A DNA stretch of 59,477 bases. It comes from Octopus sinensis (lineage: Eukaryota). The position numbers were made by a program, and so were the translations under genes. The notes under the pieces are model-generated. The model did no database searches. It was not told where the DNA came from and saw nothing but the letters and a program-made list of their open reading frames with translations. The stretch covers positions 1-59,477 of the forward strand of contig NW_021833095.1 in assembly GCF_006345805.1 (NCBI RefSeq). The letters run 5' to 3'. Shown here piece by piece: positions 13,427-25,595 of the stretch; within the stretch, counting starts at the first letter, position 1; every line of letters starts with the position of its first letter.

Positions 13427-13744
13427 CTGGCACTCCGTTGATTCCAACAATAAGGGTTCCACTTGATCTGATCAATAGAACAGCCTCCTCATGAAATTAA
13501 TGTGCAAGTGGCTGAGTACTCCACAAACACATGTGCCCTTAACGTACTTCTCAGGGAGATTCAGAGTGACACAGAACGTGGCAAGGCTGGCCCTTTGAAA
13601 TACAGGTAAACTCATTCTTGCCAGCTAAGTGGACTGGAGCAACATGAAAATAGTGTCTTGCCCAGGGATATGATACATAGCTGGGAATTGATCTCATGAC
13701 TATGCGATCATAAGCTGAATACCCTAACTACTAATTCATGAGCC
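13427..13744 (-). mobile_element. tRNA-derived SINE, family D
   Basis: Minus strand has a decayed tRNA head, then gggcaagacactattttcatgttgctccagtccacttagctg, which matches the + strand head at 34150-34300. Confidence 0.75.
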
Positions 13745-14574
13745 ATATATATATATATATATATATATATAAATGCAGAGAGAGAAAGAGCCATCTGTGT
13801 ATCATACTTAATGTATACACGTTAATTGGGCAGTTACTGTGTCTCTTATGAATCTGCTGTGTTAAAAATTCAGTAAATATCAATCAGAAATAGTCGAAAA
13901 ATTCATCCGAGTGTGAATGCCAGGTACAATTTGGTAATACAACATTTTTTGGGCCTTTTCAAAGGCATATGCTCACAGCCAGCCAAATGCTCAAACAAGA
14001 ATTTGTTGCATCTGAAATCAACATTTTTCTGCACAAATTAATGTTCAAACACTATGTAATTGCTTCAATCTAATCAGCATTCCTCTTATATTGGAAAACG
14101 CTTAGCCAAAGAACTTGTTATCTTTGCTATTGTCCACACTAATTCCTGAATACTAAGCATATATTGATTTCTACCAAAACATTTAAATACTGATTTTATG
14201 AACACACACATTCGTTCTGCAATTTTAATATAACTAATGACACCACCTTATCGCAATATATCTGGCCACTAAGAGAAAAGATTACCCTTAAAAAAAAAGT
14301 GGAAGATATTATGTTTCTTATAATCCAATAACGATAAACCTTGGGAATTACACACCACAGAAATATGAAGAATTAACCTTTTTCACAAAAAGTTACTGTA
14401 CAAAAATTAATTCTCCATATGTTTACACGAAATCTATGAGCCATTTATGTTCTTCCCCAGTTAAAAACCATATCTAATAGACAACCATTATGTGTTTCTA
14501 CATTGAATGGGAAATCACATGTGCGTGAATGTGTGTGGAATTTTTTGTACGTAATGCAGTACAGTTGACCTCCA

Positions 14575-14680
14575 GTACTTAACTGATATTTTATTTTGTC
14601 AAGTCCCCAAAGGATGAAAGGCAAAAGTTAACCTTGACGGGGTTTTTGAAGTCAGATCATAAAGGTCCATAGCTAAATGC
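14575..14680 (-). mobile_element. Degenerate family B SINE fragment
   Basis: ttgacctccagtacttaactgata...ccccaaaggatgaaaggcaaaagtt is the reverse complement of the family B core. Confidence 0.65.
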
Positions 14681-15039
14681 TCTTATGGTTACATTGACAA
14701 CAACAACAACTACAAAATTGCTGTTTTGGCAATGGGGTGAGGATAATTGAAGTATCCTTTCTGAGAAATTATACAAGTTACAGACATCTACAGCCGCCAC
14801 CCACCTCTCCTTCAAAGATGTTGTTTGGATGTGTGTATGTATGTGTGTGTACAGGTTCTCTTTAGACTCTCTATCTCTCGCCCTTTCCTTATCTCTGTCC
14901 GCCTTTCACTGTTTCTGACTGCCCCTTTCGATATATCTCTCCCCATCTCCCACTTTCTCTCATGTCTATCCCTCTTTTCTTATATTCTTTTACTTGTTCC
15001 ATTCATTGGACTGCGGCCATGCTGGGATACCTATTTTTT

Positions 15040-15575
15040 CCACCTCTCTTTCTCTCTGTCACTCTCTCTCTCCCTCTCTATCGCTCTCCCTCTCTATCGC
15101 TCTCCCTCTCTCTTGCTCTCCTTCTCTCTCCCTCTCTCTCCCTCTCTCTCCCTCTCTCTCCCTCTCTCTCGCTCCCTCTCCCTCTCTCTCGCTCCCTCTC
15201 CCTCGCTCTCTCTCTCTCCCCCATCTCCATCTCCCTCTCTCGTGCTCCCTCTCCCCCTCTCTCTCTCACTATATATATATGTCTCTGTTTCTCTATGTAT
15301 GTATCTAACCATCACCATCTTTCTGTTTCTGTCTGTCTGTCTCTCCCTCCCCCTTTCCCCTCATACTTATTATAATCATAATCGTTCTATTCATTACTCC
15401 TTCACTAATCCACCAACCTTTCTATCTCTTTCTTCCTTCCTTCCTTCCTCTATTTCCCTCCTATAATTCCCTCTCTATCACATTCTGCTATTCTTTCTCT
15501 CTCTCTTCCTCACTCTCACTATCTCATTCTTTCATCCCTTTTCCCCCACACCCCTATCTCCCCCCCCCCCCCCCG
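15040..15575. repeat. Polypyrimidine (CT/CCCT)n low-complexity tract
   Basis: Almost purely C/T on the + strand for ~500 bp. Confidence 0.9.
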
Positions 15576-15764
15576 ACTCTTTGAATATGGAAGAAGGGCT
15601 CAAGGCATTTTTATTCCTTTCCTTTCCATCTTTTCCTCGCTTGTTCCTCCACTTTTGAAGTTTATATGTTTGTTGTTGGGTGGTGGTTATGTTACTAATT
15701 ATTTATATTTTTTTTTTCTTCGAACCTCCACCCAGCCCTTGTACCCCTTTCTGATTTTTCTTTT

Positions 15765-16822
15765 GTGTGAGTATGTGCCATATTTTGCGAGTATATGTGT
15801 GTGAGTATGTGCCATATTTTGTGAGTATATGTGTGTGAGTATGTGCCATATTTTGTGAGTATATGTGTGTGAGTATATGCCATATTTTGTGAGTATATGT
15901 GTGTGAGTATGTGCCATATTTTGTGAGTATATGTGTGTGAGTATGTGCCATATTTTGTGAGTATATGTGTGTGAGTATGTGCCATATTTTGTGAGTATAT
16001 GTGTGTGAGTATGTGCCATATTTTGCGAGTATATGTGTGTGAGTATGTGCCATATTTTGTGAGTATATGTGTGTGAGTATGTGCCATATTTTGTGTGTAT
16101 ATGTGTGTGAGTATGTGCCATATTTTGCGAGTATATGTGTGTGAGTATGTGCCATATTTTGCGAGTATATGTGTGTGAGTATGTGCCATATTTTGTGAGT
16201 ATATGTGTGTGAGTATGTGCCATATTTTGTGAGTATATGTGTGTGAGTATGTGCCATATTTTTTGAGTATATGTGTGTGAGTATGTGCCATATTTTGTGA
16301 GTATATGTGTGTGAGTATGTGCCATATTTTGCGAGTATATGTGTGTGAGTATGTGCCATATTTTGTGAGTATATGTGTGTGAGTATGTGCCATGTTTGTG
16401 AGTATATGTTGTGAGTATGTGCCATATTTTGTGAGTATATGTATGTGAGTATGTGCCATATTTTGTGAGTATATGTGTGTGAGTATGTGCCATATTTTGT
16501 GAGTATATGTGTGTGAGTATGTGCCATATTTTGCGAGTATATGTGTGTGAGTATGTGCCAAATTTTGTGAGTATATGTGTGTGAGTATGTGCCATATTTT
16601 GTGAGTAAATGTGTGTGAGTATGTGCCATATTTTGCGAGTATATGTGTGTGAGTATGTGCCATATTTTGCGAGTATATGTGTGTGTGTGAGTATGTGCCA
16701 TATTTTGTATGTATATGTGTGTGTGTGAGTATGTGCCATATTTTGTATGTATATGTGTGTGTGTGAGTATGTGCCATATTTTGTATGTATATGTGTGTGT
16801 GTGAGTATGTGCCATATTTTGC
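15765..16822. repeat. 34-bp minisatellite, ~30 copies (GTGAGTATGTGCCATATTTTGTGAGTATATGTGT)
   Basis: cca at 15778 and 15812 gives a period of 34. The last ~4 units are 38 bp with an extra GTGT. Confidence 0.97.
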
Positions 16823-17035
16823 TGAAGCTAAAAGACGTTCCTTGTAAATTAGATTAGCATGGTTTTCTTGTTTATCTTGTTTGTATTTGTTGTTTATTTC
16901 CATGTCACTTGGTCTTACTTTCATATCTTTGTTATCTTTCTTTTTCCATCCTTTAGAATATAACCCAAAGTCATATTCTTTCCCTTAAGACTATTTAGGG
17001 AATTTTATATTCATACTTACTGTATTGTGAAGGCC

Positions 17036-17044
17036 TTATATATG

Positions 17045-17075
<31 letters not shown>

Positions 17076-17267
17076 ATATATATAATATATATATGTATGT
17101 ATATATATAATATATTATATATATATGTGTATTATATATATATATATAATGTGTATATATATATATAGTGTAATATATATATATATAATATATATATATA
17201 TATTGTATATATATATATATATATATAATATATATATGTGATATATATATATATATATATATGTGTG

Positions 17268-17320
<53 letters not shown>

Positions 17321-17325
17321 GTATA

Positions 17326-17366
<41 letters not shown>

Positions 17367-17570
17367 CTATATATATATAATATATATGTGATATATATAT
17401 AATGTGTATATATATATATATGTGTATATATATATATATGTGTGTATATATATATATAATATATATATGTGTGTGTGTGTGTGTGCATATGTGTGTATAT
17501 ATATATGTATGTGTGTATATATATATATATGTGTGTGTATGTATATATATATATGTGTGTGTGTGTGTAT
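17036..17570. repeat. Long compound (TA)n/(TG)n microsatellite
   Basis: Direct reading of the sequence. Confidence 0.95.
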
Positions 17571-18202
17571 AGATGGATGTATGCACATAGATAAAACACA
17601 CACACACACACAATCACAGATACATATGTATCTAGAGGGCTCTATCAATTCACTCATGCACATTTATTCATGCATACACATGTGTGCATGTACGTGTGAG
17701 TGTATATACATATATATATATATTATATATATATATATACACACACGTGTGTGTTTGTGTGTATGCATATATAGATTCAATATGTGTGTGTGTATACATA
17801 CACAATCATATTGCAGGGTAAGAGAGAGACACACATATCATGTGTGTGTATATATGTGTGTATATATATGCACAAACCCATATTCACAGCCATATAATAT
17901 GTACGCTCACAATAATAACAACAACAACAACAACAGTAACCACCACCAGCACAAGTAAACTAGCACACACCCACACACATACACAGTTAATTGTATTGAT
18001 ATATTACAAGAATCATCCCCACCCCCGCCCGCTCACAACGTTCCTTAGAACACCCCCTTTTCTATCTTTCTCTCTCTCTCTCTCTTCTTCCCTCTGTTTC
18101 CTCCTCTTCTTTTCCTTCTCTACTGACTGACCCATTTCAGAAAAACAAAAAGAAAAAGAAAACAAAGCAAACATATATATATATATATGTATATATATAT
18201 AC

Positions 18203-18257
<55 letters not shown>

Positions 18258-18509
18258 ATATATATATATATGAACCTTTTCCTCTTCCTAACCCTGATGA
18301 TTTCCACATGCTATCTTTTACATGATGACAAAGGCCTGGCCAATTATCTTAGCTGCTAGGAACCACCATTCTGGTGCCCCCAATAATACTTCCATTCCAC
18401 TGACAGTCATAATAACAAATAACAAAAAAAAAAAAAATAAGGAAAAGATGAAAAATGTTGTCATTATTTTATTGCAGCATTCACACACAGATATGTTTCT
18501 TTTTTTTTT

Positions 18510-18660
18510 TTTTATTCTTTTACTTGTGGCCATGCTGGAGCACAACCTTGAATGGGTTTTAGTCAAACTAATCGGGCCCCAGGACTTATTTCTTTAAGCC
18601 AGGTACTTATTTCATCAGTCTCTTTGGCTGAACTGGTAGGTTACGGTGACGTTAACACAA
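18510..18660 (-). mobile_element. Family A SINE 3' fragment
   Basis: tattcttttacttgtggccatgctggagcac...ccccaggacttatttctttaagcc...ggttacggtgacgttaacac. Confidence 0.75.
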
Positions 18661-18839
18661 AAACTCGTGCACATAGATATATATACATACATATATATGT
18701 GTGTGTGTATGTATATATATATATATATATATATAAAATTTAATTAATGAGGGTGATAAATTGAATATTAATTTAATTAACATCAATTTAAAACCAGTAG
18801 CCTAGCATATTACAATTTTTCTGTGTGTGTGTATATCAA

Positions 18840-18879
<40 letters not shown>

Positions 18880-18894
<15 letters not shown>

Positions 18895-19248
18895 TATATA
18901 TAATATATATATATATATATATAGGCATAGCTATGTGGTAAGTAGCTTGCTTACTAACCACATGGTTCCAGGTTCAGTCCCACTGCATGGCACCTTGGGT
19001 GTGTGTATCTTAGTTACCAGTCCTAAGGCCAGTGTGAAAGTTGTTTGTATGACAGATTACATTTCTTTCAAATACAGGAATGATCTTACTGAAAGACTTC
19101 CACACAGTTTCCTTGCACTGAATTTCTCTCGTAAGCAATGTTTCTTTGAAGCGTTGTACGATCACATTTTTATCTTTATTGCTAAACATTTCTCACCCCA
19201 CAACAGCCCCATTGTTCATGCTGTACATCCTTAGAAATCACTGGGCTC

Positions 19249-19282
<34 letters not shown>

Positions 19283-19847
19283 TACACACGTATAATCACA
19301 TTGACATATACATACCCATCCATATTTTCCTTTCCCTTCCTGATATCCAATACAAAAATTGAACCATCTTCTCTCTCCTCTTCACCTTTCCTCTGCCCCT
19401 CTCTCCTGTTCAAGTATCTGTCTCCTTCCACTCCGCCTCCGCCTCTTCCTCCTCCACATCTACATATTCTAAAAATTTATTCCACCCACCCCTTATTTGC
19501 CATCTACCATGCTTGTTTCTGCAGCAGTGAATTTCTTCCCTAATTACACTTGGATCCATTCAAGGACCTTCTATTATTATCCAAGTCACTTCTCCATCAA
19601 CTCCCTAACCTCTACTTAGGTTTTCCAAACCCCTTTAAAATCGTTTTAATTTCACAAAGGTTACTTCTACATTCTTCCCACTTCTACTTAATATTTTATG
19701 TTTAAATTTCCATTACTATATCCCACTTTGTCTATTACATTTTTTTAGGGTTTCTCAATATTGTATGCTTTTAAAGAAAGCATCATCATCATCATTATCA
19801 TCATCACCACCAATATTTTTTCCCTCAAACTCTAATCTTCAGCTAGC

Positions 19848-19888
<41 letters not shown>

Positions 19889-20229
19889 TATATATATATA
19901 GGCATAGCTATGTGGTAAGTAGCTTGCTTACTAACCACATGGTTCCAGGTTCAGTCCCACTGCATGGCACCTTGGGGTGTGTTGTATCGTAGTTACCAGT
20001 CCTAAGGCCAGTGTGAAAGTTGTTTGTATGACAGATTACATTTTTTCAAATACAGGAATGATCTTACTGAAAGACTTCCACACAGTTTCCTTGCACTGAA
20101 TTTCTCTCGGTAAGCAAGTTTCTTTGAAGCGTTGTACGATCACATTTTTATCTTTATGGCTAAACATTTCTCACCCCACAACAGCCCCATTGTTCATGCT
20201 GTACATCCTTAGAAATCACTGGGCTCCAC

Positions 20230-20261
<32 letters not shown>

Positions 20262-20840
20262 CTACACACGTCTAATCACATTGACATATACATACCCATC
20301 CATATTTTCCTTTCCCTTCCTGATATCCAATACAAAAATTGAACCATCTTCTCTCTCCTTCTTCACCTTCCTCTGCCCCTCTCTCTGTTCAAGTATCTGT
20401 CTCCTTCCACTCCGCCTACGCCTCTTCCTCCTCCACATCTCCATATTCTAAAAATTTATTCCACCCACCCCTTATTTGCCATCTACCATGCTTGTTTCTG
20501 CAGCAGTGAATTTCTTCCCTAATTACACTTGGATCCATTCAAGGACCTTCTATTATTATCCAGTCACTTCTCCATCAACTCCCTAACCTCTACTTAGGTT
20601 TTCCAAACCCCTTTAAAATCGTTTTAATTTCACAAAGGTTACTTCTACATTCTTCCCACTTCTACTTAATATTTTATGTTTAAATTTCCATTACTATATC
20701 CCACTTTGTCTATTACATTTTTTTAGGGTTCTCAATTTGTATGCTTTTAAAGAAAGCATCATCATCATCATTATATCATCACCACCATATTTTTCCCTCA
20801 AACTCTAATCTTCAGCTAGCTAATTATATATATATATATA
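18880..20840 (+). repeat. ~977-bp direct tandem duplication (two copies), each starting with a family A SINE head
   Basis: ggcatagctatgtggtaag at 18924 and 19901. Both copies end cagctagctaattatata (~19850 and ~20825). Junctions lie in (TA)n. Confidence 0.95.
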
Positions 20841-21714
20841 ATATGGATTTATCACTTGTTAATTAATTAATTCTACTTAATGGATTTTTTTTCTCTAATC
20901 TCCGTTTATGCAAAGTGCTATGCAGATTATTGAATCATAAGCAGGTGCATTATAAATGCAATCAGAGGTTGGTAAAATTGGCACAGACTGATTAGCGAGG
21001 CTAGATTGCTCATGTGCTGGAAATTCTATACTGTTGTTTTTTTTTTAAAGCATGTGCCTCTCAATTCAGTCTTCAACAGCGGCAATGATGATGGTAGCAT
21101 CAATTATAATGGCAATAATAATAATAATGATAATAATAAAACAGATAATAAGAGATAATGACGGTGATGTTTCAGATATAATTTCTTAATGAGGCTGACA
21201 CAATAGATGCTGGTTGTTAGTCGATATACATTATTCATCACTCATTTGATAGTGCTTAAGTCATTGTTCATGGTTCAAATTTCATTGGATTGTGAACTCT
21301 TGTTTGTGCGCCAGTGTCAGCATTGTCATAGATAATTAGGAAAACAATATATACCAGTTATCTACATGGGGGGTCCTGACAGACTACTTCACTGGCCTTG
21401 GAAAAGACAATAGCTTACTGCATGATCAGTAAAAGACCTAAGTATTAATTTAATCATAAGAAACTCTAATGATCATTGGTTCATCTTCTGTTTTTTGTTT
21501 CAATAGTTAGACTGTGGCCAAGCTGGGGCATCACTTTGAAGACTTTTTTAGTCGAATGAATCAACCCCACTATTTTTTTTTTTTTTTAAATCCTTATATC
21601 AGTCTCTTCTTGTTCCCAAGTTTGAAATTGGTACTTTTGTAGAACAGAAACAACCAAAAACTCTTTTTTTAAAGACTTAGTTGGCAGAGAAGGCAAGTCG
21701 TTGTAATTTGTTGT

Positions 21715-22175
21715 CATCATCATCATCGTTTAACATCCGCTTTCCATGCTAGTATGGGTTGGACGATATGACTGAGGTCTCCAATCTGATCTGGCAGAGT
21801 TTCTACAGCTGGATGTCCTTCCTAACACCAACCACTCCGAGAGTGTAGTGGGTGCTTTTACATGCTACCGGCATGAGAGCCAGTTTGGCGGTACTGGCAA
21901 CGGTCACACTCAAAGGGTGCTTTTTATGTGCCACCTGCACAGGAGGCAGTCCAGCGGCACTGGCAATGACCTCGCTCGAATGTTTTTTTTTTTTCACATG
22001 CCACCAGTACAAGTGCTAGTAAGGCGATGCAGGTAACGATCACACTTGAATGGCGTTTTTAACCTGAGATCAGCACAAAAGCCAGCTTGTTGCTCTGGCA
22101 ACAATCTCACTCATATGGTACTCTTAGCACTCCACTAGCAACGGATGCCAGTCACTGAGTTTGATTTCGATTTCA
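21715..22175 (-). mobile_element. Family C element with ~5 diverged internal repeats
   Basis: (CAT)n gtttaacatccgctttccatgc...ctggatgtccttcctaacaccaaccactccgagagtgtagtgggtgc. Internal units at ~21850, 21914, 21980, 22050 and 22114. Confidence 0.8.
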
Positions 22176-22459
22176 ATATATTTGTGATTCTTTTGAAATT
22201 ATATTAATCTTGAATATTATGCTATTCAGTGGGTGAAACTTTTAGTAGCAACTATGACCATTCTGTAAATTATATATATATAAGAGAGAGAGAGAGGAGA
22301 GAGAGAGAGAGGAGAGAGAGAGAGGTGGAAATGCTACAGTGACATGGTAGCATCTCATGTCAATGCACCTTATAAAACATTTATTACTGCTCCTAAAGAA
22401 ACAAAATACTCTTGTTCCTTATTGACTTTTCATTTTTCCATTTGTAAAACCAAACTATC

Positions 22460-22765
22460 TTTTATACTTTATCTTTCACTTGTTTCAGTCATTAGACTGT
22501 GGCCATGCTGGGGCACCACCTTGAAGAATTTTTAACCAAATAAAAAAATAAATTGACCCAGTACTTTTTTTTAAAGGCTGGTACTTATTCTATCGGTCCC
22601 TTTTGTCAAACTGCTAAGTTGTGGGGATGTAGACACACCAACACTCGTTGTCAAATATCAGGCTAGGGGAGAAAAAAGAAGTACTGGGATCAATTCATTT
22701 AACTAAAATTCAAGGTGGTGCTCCAGTATGGCCGCAGTCTAAGGACTGAAACAAGTAAAAGGTAT
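22460..22765. mobile_element. Two old family A-like SINE 3' halves in opposite orientation (22460-22652 minus, 22675-22765 plus)
   Basis: cttgtttcagtcattagactgtggccatgctgggg versus gtgctccagtatggccgcagtctaaggactgaaacaagtaaaa. Confidence 0.7.
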
Positions 22766-24674
22766 ATAATTTTAAAATCTGCCTTAGCTTTTCTATCTAC
22801 TCATCTCTCACAATTACTTAATTTCTTTTTCTCCCTCTCTTTCTAACCATTTGTTTTCCCTCTTTCTCCTTATCCTTGTTCTTCCTCCTCTGTCTGTCTG
22901 TCTGTCTGTGTGTCTCTCTATTATATATCATTGATCTATTTTTCTAAACCCTTTATTCAATTACATTTTTTTTCTTTCCAATTTATTATGTGTATATTAA
23001 CGGGCTTAGTATTTACCCAGTTCATATAGATCTTTATATTTAATATTACTGGAAGATAAAAACAAACCCCACCCACCATAAACATAATCTCACACACACA
23101 CACTCATACACACAAACACACACGTACTCATATTCAATGAGTATGCAGAATTATACACACCCAACTGCAATCACATATGCAAACTCACTCAATCTCAGAA
23201 ATCACACTCAATGATCTCACTCAGCTTCAAACGTGACCTAACTTCATACACAGCCACACAGTTATATATGCAATCATACACACACACACCTCACACACAC
23301 TTGCACATGCAATTGCACTCAATCAAACCCAGTATAAGCGCACAAAAACATATACAAAATCACACATATTAATAAGATGTACACACTCTCATCGCATATA
23401 GTTACGCATACTTTTTCACAAACAATTATGCACAATCATATATGCTTATACACACACACACACACACATTGGCATGCACAAACAACCACACACTAACCCT
23501 CACATTCATATACACACGTTTTGTTAAAGAAAAGATGTTTTTTAAGACTACGAGTTAAGTCATCTTAAGTTCATTTCCATCATGAGTCTGTTCTACTTTC
23601 TTTCCCTTTTTCTCTTAACAAATCCTTAACCCTCTATATTCTCTCTGCCACCACCACCACCATCCCACCTTCCAGAACCCTTAAAACTTCTGTTTTTATA
23701 TTTTAATTTAATTTTTTTTTTATTTAAATGGGATTGTCTTAAAAATATAATGCTGAAGGTTGAGGTAGTGGGGGGGAGGAAGAAAAAATTGTATATGAAA
23801 ATTCAAAATTAAATAATGGAATTATATAAAGAAAAATTTTTTTCAGGAAACAAAATTAATAATAATAATAATAATAATAATGAGGAGAAGGAGGATAATA
23901 ATGACAATATATTTTGAATCACTAAATCCAAAACTCTGATATAAACAACTAAAGCTGTAATAAATTTTCTATTTTTTAATTTTTTTTTTTTTCTAAAATA
24001 AATTTTCAGTTTTGAAATATTATTTATATAATTTTTTTTTTGGGGTCTTTTTGTTTTGCATTCACTTTAATATCCCTGGGAATGATACAGAAAAGAAACA
24101 AAACAAACAAACAAAAAAACTATTTAAAATGTGAACAAAATAAAAAATTTTTTATTTAAAAAATAGGTTAAAAATAAGGCAAACATATAAAAAAAAGAAA
24201 ATTTTATTAGAAATAAGGCAAATATCTAAAATTAAAAATATAGAAGATATCAAAAGGGTGCACGGAAGTAAATTTGACAGTACGAGTCTCTTTATCCACC
24301 CCCGCGCGTTCTCACTCTCTCTCACAATAAAACCTATTCTCAGGTTCTTTTTGGAGGCTTCCTGTTCCCCTTCCCCCCTCTCTCTCCGTCTCTTATTCTC
24401 CCTCTCACTCTCTCCCTATCCCACCATGTTTCTCTTTTTCCTCATGCACATACTCACATATACATACTCACATTTGTATATATATATGCCGACATGGATA
24501 TTATACACACACACACACACACAATAAACCGACACTTATACACACGAAATATGCTCCCATGCACCCTCACTTAGAGGACACACACACACATATACGGATG
24601 TTCAAACATATGAAATATGCAGCCCCACATTTGAATACCATGTGTGTGTGTGCATGTGTATGTATGCATGTATG

Positions 24675-24709
<35 letters not shown>

Positions 24710-25015
24710 AATGAATAGGGAGAATTATACTCCATATATATATACATACACACATACAAGGACTAGGGAGAATTATACTCCATAAATATATATATACACA
24801 CACACATTCACTAAAGATATATATATGGACATATAACACCACTCATACACGTACGTATCAGATGTTTGTATATATATATATATATATATATATAGAATAA
24901 ACCTTAACATATATAAATAACGTGAAATACACGAAGGGACGAACATAAGAGACAGACGGGTCATTCAAAGCCTTCGTTCTTCAGTCAGAAACCGATATAT
25001 ATATTTATACTTGCA

Positions 25016-25087
<72 letters not shown>

Positions 25088-25595
25088 TATATAATAATAT
25101 ATATACTTGTATGTATATGTGTATATATGTATGTGTATATATGTATGTATATATATATATATTTATACTTGTATGTATATGTGTATGTATATGTGTATAT
25201 ATGTATGGATATATATATATATATATATGTTTGTGCATGTAAATATATATATTATATATATACACACGCACACAAGGTGGTGTTCCAGCATGGCCACAGT
25301 TAAATACCTGAAACAAGTAAAAGACTAAAAGAACACACACACACACACACGCACACACATGCACACACATGCACACACATGTCTGTGAATGTGTCAGCAC
25401 AAACCAGCACACATGGAAGTAAAAACTAGCAGCAAACCTTAGTAGGAGATACAGTGACACATGCATACAAATTCCAATACATATAAAGCAATCAACCATT
25501 TGAAAATTCTTTCCATTCTTTGGTCCAGACCAATGAAGGAACCTCCACAGGGTCTCCCAGCCTTACTAGAAACACATGCCAAAATCCTCCTCAAA

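Noticed and set aside
15695-16924. Three long minus-strand ORFs (346-409 aa)
   Set aside because: All three frames are open only because the 34-bp minisatellite has no stop codon on that strand. The peptides are circular permutations of one repeat.
24895-24995. CTGAAGA on the minus strand in a (TA)n-flanked fragment as another hammerhead
   Set aside because: It is followed by acgaaggctttgaat, with no proper helix II closed by GAAA. May be a truncated Penelope-type fragment but cannot be supported here.
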